A stretch of 64,000 nt of DNA from Gordius albopunctatus (taxonomy: Eukaryota): positions 7,874,001-7,938,000 of the forward strand of contig OZ193909.1 of the NCBI GenBank assembly GCA_964276515.1, written 5' to 3'. The position numbers and the translations under genes were made by a program. Of this stretch, positions 51,103 to 63,361 are shown piece by piece (the stretch's first letter is position 1; the number at the start of each line of letters is the position of its first letter). The notes under the pieces were generated by a model. The model was not told the origin of the DNA, made no database searches, and saw nothing but the letters and a program-made list of their open reading frames with translations.

Positions 51103-52744
51103 CCTAAAAACTTAAAATTCCTACAACATATTTCATTATAAAATCGCTGTTATTTTATGCGTCTAAAATGGAAATCTGCTGTAAATCGGATATTAAGACG
51201 CGGCAATCTAAAAACCAATATGGCGATTTAAGACACCCGTTTAGAAGTTATAAAATTAGATACTGTCAATACGTTGTAATAATAGTATTGTTAAAAAGCT
51301 TTAGACGGAAATGGCGCCTGATTTGTCATCCGATTTGTCCTTTGATCTCTATATTTTATTTCATCAAGATAAGCGTAATCCTCCCTCCCATTTTATCAAT
51401 CCAACCTCACCGCCTTTAAACAACGAATATTAAATTTTAGAAAAACAGCATTGGTATTAGAAGGGGGCAATAACGATTTAGGGAGGGGCGAACTGATCCT
51501 TTTTTGAAATTTTAGTTATAATTTTTATAAATTTCAACAAGATTTTGGATTTAGAGGGGGGTAGCCGCCCCTCCCTGCCTCCATTGGCTACGCCCATGTA
51601 TAAGTAAGTGGATTTTATTATAATCTCATTGGGTCGATAAAGATATTGGGAGAAAAGAGGTCCTAATTGTTTCGGATACGCGAATTCGACTACCAAATTG
51701 CAAGAAGCTTAGTAATATAAATAGTTGAATATTCTATAACAGTGAGTTGGACATAGAGATGTAACGATCGCAAGAAGACAGGTGGTATTCACGATTCTGG
51801 AATATCATGCTATTCTTCATAAACCCAAGATCCTCAGCATTAATATAAAATTGCATAGCAATCAATAACATAAACATCTAGAGTTAAAATCAGTTTTAAT
51901 GATGGGGTAAAAGCATCTTCAAAATTAACAGCAATTACATAACCCTTACTGAAGTCATAGTATTCCAAATATATAGATTTTATTAATCTTTCGGGATATT
52001 TTTATTATTTATCCAAATACAAGAGCAAGTGTCTTTTGAGAAAAATAAGTGCGTTTATATAATCGCGCATTAATTGAATAAACAATTAAATTTAGTGTTG
52101 AGTCCTCGAGGTGTTTGTGATTGGTCAATTAACGTCGCGAGGTAATGGACGCAACGCTACAAATAGTCTCCTTCGTAGACGTGGAGCGTTACTTAAAATT
52201 GAAAAATTTTTTTTTGGTTGATGTAAAGTATGTGTAAAGGATGTTCGTACTACCAGCCAGTTTTGTCTCCGCCTACCGTGGTTGTTAGTGAGGTGACCGA
52301 GGTGTGAGTTGCGTGTATGTTGTTGTGATGCTATCCAATATATTAATAAGATCCATGCCGCGGGCAGAGGTATCTATAGTGGAATTGCAATCGGTCATCA
52401 ACTAAACCGGTAAGCGGTGGTGAGAACGTTGGTAGTAGGTGTCATTGTTTTGCCGAACGTAGTCTTTGCTCGTTTCAAGAGGCCATGTAGTGTTGATGTT
52501 GAGATGGGTTTTGTGATTAGGGCCATGCGCAGCAGTGGACGGGCGTTCGGCAGGCGTTGTTGTTGTCTATGTAGAGGTGTAGTAGAACATCATGTTTTTC
52601 TTCGTAGAAACACACAGGTAGGTAGGCAACTTGTCACAGCAGTCGGACACGTATTGCTAGAGGTGTTAAGAGGTTGAAGTTTTGTTGCAGCTCGATCGTG
52701 GATGCTGGATTGCCAAAAATAGTGCCTAATATTTAAGGGCGTAT

Positions 52745-55700
52745 TCAGGGGGAGTTTTTAAAAAAAATATATGGCTCCCCCGAAAAGGTCACCAATTTTG
52801 GGATATCAACCTTAGGCTCGAGGAAAGCTGGCTTTAATCGATCGATTGAGACAGTGTCTTTCCTGCCCTTGTGGTCTATGATAAAAAATTTAGTATGTTT
52901 TTCAATCACTTTGAAAGGTCCTTCATAGGGGGAAACCAAGGCTTTGCGTAGACGATCAGTCCTTATAAAAACATGAGTTGTAGTGTTTCGATCTCGTCTC
53001 GGTCTCGAAAACAAAATCTCGTCTCGGGAGCGATTATGAAAATCTCAATATCGTCTCGACGAGAATTCTCGTCTCGTCCCGACTTTTTAAAAACAAATAT
53101 ATACTGAATAAAGATTTCTCCTGTTTTATTAAAAATATTAAAAAAGTGTTAGAAAATCCAAATGGCAAATTTTTATATTTTTTAAAAAACTTTTCAAAGA
53201 TTTAGCGGGACACGACATCTCATTGACAATATAAAGATATGAATTAATTCATAAAGATAACATTTTATATGGAAAGTGCAGACTAAAAGAATATAATAGA
53301 AAATTAAATGTGATGGTTCTAGCAAATTATAACATTTTTATCAAATTCACTGTTTTTGTCAACTATAAATAGACTTAATAATACGTTCGCTTATAGTTGA
53401 CTTATTTGCATAATTGAACAAATTGAGACCCTTTATTAACCCTGGCTAAAGCTTCTTAATAGACTAAGTCTATTGTTATAATCATCAATTATATGCCATA
53501 GTGTTTATCTTTATTGCATGTTTACGATAGCGTTTTAAACCAAAAAGTGCGAGTGACTTTTAATGATAATATTATTGTTTACAGAATTGATAACTAGATG
53601 CACATATCAAAACGTTGTAAAAACAACAATAAAAGTAGCATTATTATAGGATTAAGAAGATAAGGGTTTAAACTTTAAATTGCACGTATTTAAATTTATG
53701 ATAGAAACCATTATAATCAAATTTATATTCCAGATAATTATTCCAATTCCAACTAACTTTGGCATTAAATAATTATTTATCGAATACAGTATAGGTACCA
53801 GAGGTCAGATTTGTTGCGAATTTTCTTCCCGAACCCGGCCAGACTAAATTTTTTACCTTCATTGCCAGCCTGGGCCCGCCCGAACCCAATTAACTTTAAT
53901 GTGACTTGTTTGCTTTATTTTTCCACCGTGTTTTTTTAGTTGTTAAGAAATTAAATGAATTACAATTATGCGCATTGTTAGAAAATGTCATGAGCCTTTG
54001 TTTTAAGTCTAGACGGCACACATGTGTAGTGTATTGCGAACAATGAAATGGCTTTGGCTACTACATAAATATAAATAATCCAATACTTTCCATAATGGAG
54101 TAGGGCAAAGATTTAACTGAACGCGATAAAAATGTAATAAAATAATTTACTACCAGAGAATAAAATGGTTTCTTTCATAGTATTAGATTAGAGTAGTAGT
54201 TTACAAGGGCGTAGCCAGCATTAAAATTAGAGGGGGGCAATAATGATTTAGGGAGGGGCAAAATGATCATATTTTGAAAATTTAGCCATAATTTTAATAC
54301 ATTTTAACAAATTATTGAGTTTAGAGGGGGCAGCTGCCCCTTCCTGCCCCCCCCCCTTGTCTACGCCCATGGCAGTTTAAATCGTTATGATTTTATTCTT
54401 TTATAATCTAATCTGAAAATTAAAAATTTTTGATCTTGAGACAAACCAGTTAAACTAATTTATTCGAAATAAAATTTAATTTTGAAGAAATTGAAATTAG
54501 GACATTATATAAACGTACAATGAAGATTTAAGCGATGAAAAAAAATCTAGTCAAATTTATTATAGCCTAAAATTGTTTATAAGCGAATTTTTCTTTTTTA
54601 AAGGAAAATTAATTTGATAAAATTTTGGGCATGCCCGAATTGCCCGAATCTTATCAGCGCACCCGCCCGGGCCCGCCTGAAAATTAAAATTTAAGGCAGT
54701 TGCCCGGCCCGTCTCGACTCCAATTTTCAAAATCTCATCTCGGTTTTTCGAGACGAGACCGAGATTTTTCTCGGTTTTTCCGCATCACTAATGAGTTGAT
54801 GTAAATAAATTTTCGGACATTTGTTGTTTGATGTTCGATGGTCTGGAAGGTGTAAATCGTACATCATCGAATTGCTGTCTAAGCCGTTGGATGTTATCGC
54901 CGGCGTTTATGTCGCAATCCGACGGTTGTAAAAAATCTCCTGGGAGTCGTAAAGAAGTACCGTATACCAACTCCGCGCTTGAACAGGCGAGGTCTTCCCT
55001 GACGGTGTTGCGAATCCCTAGGAGTACAAGGGGAATAAGTTCGGACCAACGGGTAACGTCACCTTTTGTCATGATTGAACTTTTGAGCTGTCGGTGAAAT
55101 CGCTCTACCATCCCATTGGCTTGTGGATGGTAAGCTGTCGTAGTGATATGATGATACCCTAATAAAATAGATAATTGTTTAAAAAGGGCAGATTGGAATT
55201 GCGGTCCCCGGTCCGTGGTTAATGTCGCCGGAACACCAAAGTTGGCTATCCAGTATGTCAAAAATGTGCGTGCAACGGTTTCGGCTGTTGCGTCAAAAAT
55301 GGGAATTGCAATCGGCCATCGGGTGAAACGATCAACGGCAGTAAAAATATATATGTGGCCGTTAGAAGGTGGTAAGGGTCCGACGAGATCTACATGTACG
55401 TGGCTAAACCTTGCGTCTGGTTCAGCGAACGTGCCTGGGGTTGATATTACGTGTCTATTTACTTTGCATTTTTGACACGCAATGCATTGCTTTGTCCAAT
55501 CGCGTACATCTTTGTTCATTCCCGGCCAGACGAAACGTTAGGCAATTAGTCTAAGTGTTGGGCGTAAGGCTGGGTGAGAAAGACCATGTAGTTGATTAAA
55601 AACTATGCGTCGTAGCGTCCTAGGTACTAAAGGTCTCGAAGTCGATGCAGATGTATCGCACGTAATAGTTAAATTTGTACCTGGAATTACGCGTTGTTCT

Positions 55701-57662
55701 AGTTTAAGACTTTCGAGCTCTTCTAGTTGATATTGCTCTTGTTTTTGTGTCATAGCAATTCTTTCTGTGAGGGATGTGTTCGGCTCTTGGGTGGAGTTTG
55801 GTTGTTGTATGGAATCGATATCGATTCGGGACAAAGTGTCATCTACTATATTCGCTTTACCTTTAATAAACTGTATATTTGAAGTAAATTGGGAGATATA
55901 GTCTAATTGTCGTATTTCGCGCGGCGAGTATTTATCGGGTTTAGAAGTGAGAGCGTAAGTTAACGGTTTGTGATCAGTAAAAACTGTAAATTCGCGACCT
56001 TCTAAAATATGTCGGTACTGTTTAATTGAAAGATAAATTGCTAGCAGTTCTCTCCCGAATGTACTGTATCGAGTTTGTGTTTTGCTCAATTTCAGGGAGA
56101 AAAAGGATAAAGGACTGATTTCCCCTTTTACGGTCTGATGTAGTACGGCTCCAATGGCAGAGTTTGACGCGTCGGTTGTAATAGAGATGTTGGCACCATC
56201 CACTAAATGATTAAGGGTCGAAATTTCATCGAGCATTATTTTAATCTCGTGGAATGCGTCGTGTGCGGTCTGCGTCATGTCCAAAGGTTCTTTTGCGTCG
56301 TTAAGGAGATCCTTCAGTGGTTGTAGATGTCGTGCACAGTTGGGTATAAAACGCCTGTAAAAATTTACCATTCCCACGAAACGACGTAGTTGTGTCATAG
56401 TGGTCGGGGTGGCGAAATTCTTGATGGCTGAGATCTTCTCCGGTATTGGCGTTAAACCTTGTGGGGAAACTTGATGTCCTAGGAAATCCAGAGAAGAACG
56501 TCCCCATTGACACTTGTCCAGGTTGATCTTTATATCAAAATCTCTTAATCGAGTAAAAACTTGACGTAAGTGGTCTAAATGTTCACTAGTTGATGTACTT
56601 GCGATCAAAATATCGTCCAAATATGCGAAGGCGAAATTGAGACCACGGAGAGCTTGATCAATGAAGCGTTGGAATGTTTGAGCAGCATTTCGTAAACCGA
56701 AAGGCATTCGCAAAAATTCATAAAGACCGAAAGATGTGGTTATTGCTGTCTTTGCGATGTCCTCCAAGGCTACGGGTATTTGATGGTAAGCTCTGACTAG
56801 ATCTATTTTTGTATAGATGGTTGTGCCGGCTAGGTTGAGTGAGAAATCGTGCAGGTGTGGCAAGGGGTAACGGTCTGGTATCGTTATAACGTTAAGGACT
56901 CGGTAATCTCCACATGGTCGCCAATCTCCACGAGTTTTTATTTGGAACCATGTGCAATGGAGAACTCCAGGAGCTTTCTGAGGGTTGAATTATGCCGAGT
57001 TCGAGCATATGAGTAAACTCCTGTTTGGCAATTTTTAGCTTGATAGGGTCTAAGCGTCTAGGTCTGGCATAAACGGGGGGTCCTAGTGTACGTATGTGGT
57101 GGACTACTTCGTGGCTTACGCGTGACCTGTAATTTGGAGGGGTATAAAGCTCGGGAAAATCTTTTAAAACATTTTTAAAATTTGGTGAATCGATCTTTAT
57201 TGCGAGTTGTAAATTGTACAAGCTCGAATCAATATATCGCCCATAAGACTTTAAAGTAGTCTTAGGGTCTAATAAACATTTGCGGCGTATATCAACGAGG
57301 AGGTTATAATGATTTAATAAATCAGCCCCGATGATCGGTGTCTTAACGTCGGCGATGGTAAACACCCATTGAAAACTTCTCCGTAAGCTAAGGTCCAGTT
57401 CCATTGATTTCTGGCCATAGGTCAGTATGGAACTATTGTTTGCAGCTTGGAGGCGGATGTGTGAGGGGGTGAGATGGTGGTTACGTGGGGGTGGTATGAC
57501 ACTTAGTTCCGCGCCAGTGTCTATTAAAAAACGACTTTTCGTTAATTTATCAAAAATAAAAAATAAGCGACTGATGTTATGGCCTGAACCGGGTGTCGCG
57601 GATTCTGGCAGGCCTATAGGTTTGACGAGGAAATCGGGATATAATTGCAAGGTTGTCGGCAT
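52745..57662 (-). pseudogene. Gypsy pol (protease, RT, RNase H, integrase), disrupted
   Basis: [59 protein letters not shown]. Frameshift near 56940, stop at 55538-55540, and a 1.8-kb insertion at 52981-54790. Confidence 0.95.
52981..54790. mobile_element. hAT-type non-autonomous element inserted in the Gypsy integrase; contains further nested MITEs
   Basis: Ends TAGTG..CACTA, perfect TSD ATGAGTTG (52973-52980, 54791-54798), TCTCGTCTCG subrepeats. Confidence 0.9.
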
Positions 57663-58432
57663 TTCGTGGCTTTTTCCTTATATCTTTGGTGATACCAACA
57701 CCAATCCTGGGGAACGTCTGCGTTGGGTTGAAACGGGGATCGAAATCGCCTTGATGTAGACCTACTTCTCGACCGAAAACGATTTTTTTGACTGACCTCT
57801 TGCCGTAATGTCTCAATGCTCACGCTCAGTCTATTGACCATGTCTCTGAGCGTCTCAATATCGTTGCGGGATCTCTGTGTGGCAGGGATGACGTTGGATA
57901 TTTGCGGCGTATGGTACGTTTCCGCGATTTTATCAGCTGTTTCAGCTAGCTTGACTAACGTCTGGTCACTTGCACAGATCGCCAAGATGCTGGCCATGTT
58001 GTTGTCCAGTTTTTCCAACCACAGCTGTTTTAAAATGATGTCGTCCATTTTGGCGGTACCCAGGAGGCTTTTCATGTGTCTATAGAGTTGTGAGGGTGTA
58101 CGATCGGCCAATTCCACGTTGAACAGTAGGTCGTGGAATCGTGCTGAGTCCGATTTTTTTGTGCGGTCGATGATAGCTGACCGGATGGTAGTGTACGGGG
58201 CCTCAGCCGGTAGATTCTCCAAGTAATCTTGGATCTCTATTGTGACTTCTTGTGGGAGGCATTCAATCACGTATCCAAGTTTGCTAGACTCAGATGTTAT
58301 TCGTCGAATCGTGAAAAGGGCCTCTATCTGGACAAACCATAAGCGGGGATTTATACGATTGAAGGGGGGCAATTTGAAAAACATAGCGTTTTCCGATTTA
58401 ATTTGGACGTCATAAACTTGGTTGGTATCCAT
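57614..58432 (-). CDS. Gypsy gag
   Basis: KLPPF..PRLWFVQIEALF, LADRTPSQLYRHM, CWYH..AxKCxxPC knuckle; intact 272-aa ORF. Confidence 0.92.
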   Translation of the reverse strand: MDTNQVYDVQIKSENAMFFKLPPFNRINPRLWFVQIEALFTIRRITSESSKLGYVIECLPQEVTIEIQDYLENLPAEAPYTTIRSAIIDRTKKSDSARFHDLLFNVELADRTPSQLYRHMKSLLGTAKMDDIILKQLWLEKLDNNMASILAICASDQTLVKLAETADKIAETYHTPQISNVIPATQRSRNDIETLRDMVNRLSVSIETLRQEVSQKNRFRSRSRSTSRRFRSPFQPNADVPQDWCWYHQRYKEKATKCRQPCNYIPISSSNL

Positions 58433-59099
58433 TTACAAGGTTGCGTATAACCAGGGTTGGGTAAGGGTAGGGTAGAAGGAGGCGTATAACAAGGGTGGGT
58501 CACCACTTTCGAGAAGTAATATTATGTAGGATAAAGTAATAATTACTTTATTGTATAATATAAATTAAATCGTTGGAAAAAAGTAAGTTAACGGTTTGTG
58601 ATCAGTAAGAACTGTAAATTCGCGACCTTCTAAAATATGTCGGTACTGTTTAATTGAACGCTACAAATCAAAATAATTACCCAAAATAGGCCTCAATTGA
58701 TAAACCTATTTTAAACATCCAGCGATCTCTGTGGCCGCCGAACGATTATATTTGATAGAATTCTTCATTTTTAAAAATAACCTTAATAAATTAAATAAAT
58801 TTAGTCAGGATTTGTTATGCTTGAATTAATGCTACACCTCTATAACTCTAAAACTAAAAAATTCCATTACGACACTTGTTTTGCTATCTACATTACGTTT
58901 CACAGTATAAAGGTGGGGTTAGTGGATGCTTTTTAATACCTGCTGTAACATGTCAGCAAACGTTTTATTAGCAAATAAATATATTATGGCTAAATTAACA
59001 AAAAATAAATCAAGTTTCACAAAAAATTAAGAATTGAATAAGACCCGGAAAAGGAAAATAATGGTTTATCTATGGCCTAGGAATGGTCATCATTTATTT

Positions 59100-59560
59100 T
59101 CAGCAATAAAAAAATTGTTTGCAGGGAAAATGTTTATTTTAAGGTAAGATACAATAAATGCCAAAACACACAGGAAAATTAAAAACGGGTTTTAGCCTTT
59201 GGCCGGGGTCAGATAAAGCAGAAGTAAGCAACGGTCAATATTAATTTGTAGGGAATTATTTAGCCAGTTTAGCAAATACCCGTATAAAGCAACAGTCTAG
59301 ATAAGTTGAGAAAAGAAATGGATAAACGGAAATAAGGGGCAAAAATTAACCCCAATTAACAATGATTTTGACCTGGGCCAGGGTCATACAAAATAGAAGT
59401 AAGTAACGATCATCATTACTTTGAAAGGCATTATTTAGCCAGTTTCGCAATTAACCGTTATAAAGTACCAACCTAGACAAGTTGCCAAAAGAAACTAAGA
59501 ATAAAATTAGGGCGGGGGCGAGGTCAAAAAACTTAAGCCAACCAGGTGTCATTAGCCAGT
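59100..59560. repeat. Diverged ~180-bp tandem units, with another copy at ~8300-8520
   Basis: Recurrent ATTATTTAGCCAGTTT..CGT(T)ATAAAG..AAC motif at ~8465, ~59256 and ~59431. Confidence 0.55.
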
Positions 59561-60392
59561 TTATATGCAAAATAAAAAGTATTTTACATAAGTTTCCATA
59601 TAAATTATGAAAAAATTACAAGTTGGAGAGCACTGACGTACAGGACAATCAAAAACAAACCCACAAATTGCATAACATTTAAAGGTTCTTGCCAGGTACA
59701 TAGTTCAATAAACATAGAAATGTTTAATCCATTGTATAAGAAAGTTTTTTTATTGATGGTCCCGTTAGATTGGTAAAGAAAGGAGGATGCAGGGGTTCCA
59801 AAAGTTAGGGCCACATGTGCCATTATTAAAATTTATAATTATTCGCTACTGGTTTGCAATCAATTTTTTCAACTATTTACTATCGCTCCATTTAATTAAT
59901 CATAATTATTCGCTTCAATAACTTTGTAAAATTTGTATTTAGGTCTCTTCACTAATTTGGCTATAAAAAGTCTGGGTTGAAATTTGTATTGGAGTAGGGT
60001 TGGACTTTGGTCGAGAGACGAGTCGTTCGGGTTAGTATTAAATTATGAGTGGAATTTTGGTTAAAAATTCAAATAAGACTTTGAATCAGTTGGGTTTTTA
60101 GGGGTAAGGATGAAATTAACTAATTTCGTCGGAGATTCGGGTTTGTGCTGAAAATGGACTGTTGCGCTGGACCCTCTGCTGCAATTGAAATTAGTAAAAT
60201 AAGTAATATTGCCGTTCTTCATAAATTTATAAATTATGTGATTGATAGTCAATGTGGTAATACAGTTATCATTAACTTGAAACGGGACCCATTTTTTACA
60301 ACGTTGAGTATGTTTTCAAATAAGGCACTAAAGATGAATAGGCTATAAAATTTTAGTCAATTAATTTAAAATTGGTATTTAGCTCTTCCCAT

Positions 60393-63060
60393 CTCCTCCT
60401 TCTTCTTCTTTATAAGTTAGTTGGTCCCACATTCGTGGTGTTTGTATTTATAAGTTTCTTCCATCTTGACCGGATGAGTGCCATGTCTTGAATAATACCT
60501 TTAGTCTCCATAACTTTATCGACTTGCCCGTTCCACGTGACATGGGGTCGTCTTCTTCCTCTATTCACAGCTACCTCCATGTCCAGTACTTTTCGATTTA
60601 CGTCATCCGTGTCCCATCTTAGTATATGACCATACCACCTTAGCCGATTTTCGTTAATCATGTCGCCATATGTTGAATACCCATTTTTGTCATGAGAAAG
60701 TTATTCGTCATATGGTCGAGCTTAGTATACCCCAAGCTTCACCGTATCATTCTCATTTCTGTGGCTTGTAATAGCTTTCCTTCCGTGGTGTTTAATGCCA
60801 ATGTTTCACTTCCATAGAGTAACACCGGTCTTACGATGGATTTGTAAGCTTTGCTCTTCAACCTTATTAGCATTTTCGCACATTACACCGGATATGCTTC
60901 GCCATTTAAGCCATCCTTTTTGTATCCAGGAATTGACTTCCGTTGCGCAACCTCCCTCTTGATGTAGCATTGAGCCGAGGTCCGTAAACCTGTCTACATT
61001 TGGGTACTTTAGATGGTCATCCAGCAAGGGACTTAAAGCAGAGCCTTGATGTAATCCAATATTAACCCGAAAAGGTTTAGAGTCTCCAACTGTCGTCCTA
61101 ACGCAAGAGTTTGAGGCTTCATAAATATTTTTCATAAGTCGTATATATGCGTCAGGGATATTTTGTTTCCTCAGGCACCACCATATTAAATTGCGGGGGT
61201 CGGTGTCATAACCTTTCTCCAAGTAGATAAAAACCATATGTAGGTCTTTCCTCTTTTCACCATACTTATCCATCATTTGTCTTAGTGCGAAGATTGGGTC
61301 GATTGTGGATTTTCCGACCACGAATCCGAATTGATTAGCCGATATATCCACCTCGTTTTTCAGCCTTGTTACTAAGATCCTTTACATAAGCTTCAAAAAG
61401 TGGCAAGTTAGCTTGATAACTCTGTAATTGACACAGTCCTGATCTTGAGGGTCTCCTTTGCCTTTAAATAAGGGTATAATCGTGCTTGCTCTCCATTGAT
61501 TAGGAATTCGCTCTTCTAATATCTTGTTAGGTTCGTCATGGAGTTACTCCTTCTTCACGACATCCGAGCAATGCTTCCATAGGTATTCCATCTGGGCCAT
61601 TTTCTTTTCCTTTTTGCATCTTGTTCATTTGTGTCCTAACTTCATCCTCCTGAAAGAGTTCGACCATACTTATATTTTGCTCAATTTTGGGAAGAGAATC
61701 CTTGTCATTTGCAATATTAATAAGTTTCTTAGAATATCTTTTCCACCTTTCCATCACTTTTTTCGGCTTGAATATGGTTTCACCCTTCTCGTTTTTGACA
61801 ATTTTAAGAACTCAGACATCGCGACTTTTCCTCTCCCTTATCTTGGCCAATTTGTACATAAGCCTATCGCCCTCTTTATGATCCAGTTTGTTTGCCATCT
61901 CGATGTACGCGGCATTCTTCGCTTTTGCAACGGCCTTTTTTGCGGCTCTCTTTGCGTCCTTGTACTCTGGATAATCTTCCGACTTTTTTCATTTATGCCA
62001 CCGTCTATATAGATTTTTCTTTCTTTCGATGTTATCTTTAACCGATTGATGCCGCCACCATAGTTCCCTATTCATAGCTTTGCCTCCTTTGGTCTGTCCT
62101 ACAACACGAATCGCTGTTTCCTTAATGTCTTTAGATAGCGTCTCTCAATCTTCGTCTACGTCTTTTTGCAACTTTTTTGTACCCAAGAGTGAGCAGGCTT
62201 TTTGATGGTATTCTTTGTTCGTCTACGTATTCTTTAGCCTTTCGTATCGAATTCGAGGTTCAAAGAACTTTCTTCTTTTGGGAAATACTCTTCTGTCAAG
62301 ATCCATAACAAGGGGACGATGTTGCCTGGCGATTTCTTCTCCCGGTATCACTTTGCAATCCTTGATACTCCATAAGTCCTTTCGCCGTATAAGCAAATAG
62401 TCGATTTGACTAAAATGCTTCCCACTTCTATAGGTCACAATATGATCTTCGCGCTTTTGAAAATAGGTGTTAACGATCGCCATGTCATATGCTTGGGATA
62501 CTTGGAGAAGTTTTCCCCCTTCTTTGTTCTTCAGACCATGCCCATAACCCGAGGCGATCTTTTAGCCTTTCTTCCTGTCGGATTCCTTGTATTTCTTCTC
62601 CCAATGAATCGAAGAATATGTGTTTATCTGATACCAAACACCCGATTCGGAGAGCATACGGGTACATAACGGTTAGGAGGCCCCTTTGATCTACAATCTT
62701 CACCCCCATTAGCCTGGCAGAACAACACTTGACTTCCACCACCTTTTTTTTGAATGATTAGCTTATAAACCGACTCCGTTTCTACCATTTGATGACCCAC
62801 TGTAGAATAGAGCCTTCTCATAAATCCCGGGCTTTGGTTCCGTTCCACCTAGTCTCTTGTCGGCAGGCAATGTGTACCTTTCTTCTTTTTAGCATTTGTG
62901 CAACCTCGATGCTCTTCCCCGTCAACGTTCCCACATTCCAGCACGTTATTCGCATTCTTTCCACAACTAGTTTCCCTAACCGCCTTCGTTGTGAGTTGGA
63001 CAGTAACACAAGTGTATTTCTCACATTGCACGGGTGGGGTAGGACGCCCTACTCTTTTCT
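60393..63060 (-). mobile_element. Near-full-length but inactive RTE-clade LINE
   Basis: APE domain MRITCWNVGTLTGKSIE..ACRQETRW, SQIDYLL; RT QFGF..GKSTID, GLHQGSALSP; C-terminal RLRWYGHILR; (GAA)n 3' tail; many stops and frameshifts; the YADD segment is deleted at ~61025. Confidence 0.93.
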
Positions 63061-63361
63061 TGTAAAATCTTGTTTGAAACTATCATAATTTTGCAGTTGG
63101 TTGTTATACCCAGGAATTATCTCTTTTGCAATTCTAAAAGATAATTCCTTTAAATGCAAAGCGATTTAAAAATATTTTATGAATTAAGTAATTTTATAGT
63201 TTTTCTCTTCATAAAAAATATAAGTTATTTTAAATGTCTACATTTAATTTCTTTATTATATTTTTAATAAATAAAGAAATTAAAAGAAATAAATTAAAAT
63301 CGTATAAAACGGTACTTGATTGTCATTATTAACAGTCGGCCATTTTTTTTGACGCCTAATT

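Larger units (their letters stand above)
52033..58665 (-). mobile_element. Defective Ty3/Gypsy LTR retrotransposon; LTR boundaries tentative
   Basis: Domain order gag-PR-RT-RH-IN; PBS-like TGGTGACCC at 58497-58505; both candidate LTR starts read TGTAGCGTT (58665 and 52161). Confidence 0.9.

Noticed and set aside
54828..58085. Plus-strand ORFs overlapping the Gypsy element
   Set aside because: Antisense shadows of gag and pol with no recognisable motifs.
61524..63088. Plus-strand ORFs of 60-162 aa
   Set aside because: Antisense to the RTE ORF; no independent support.
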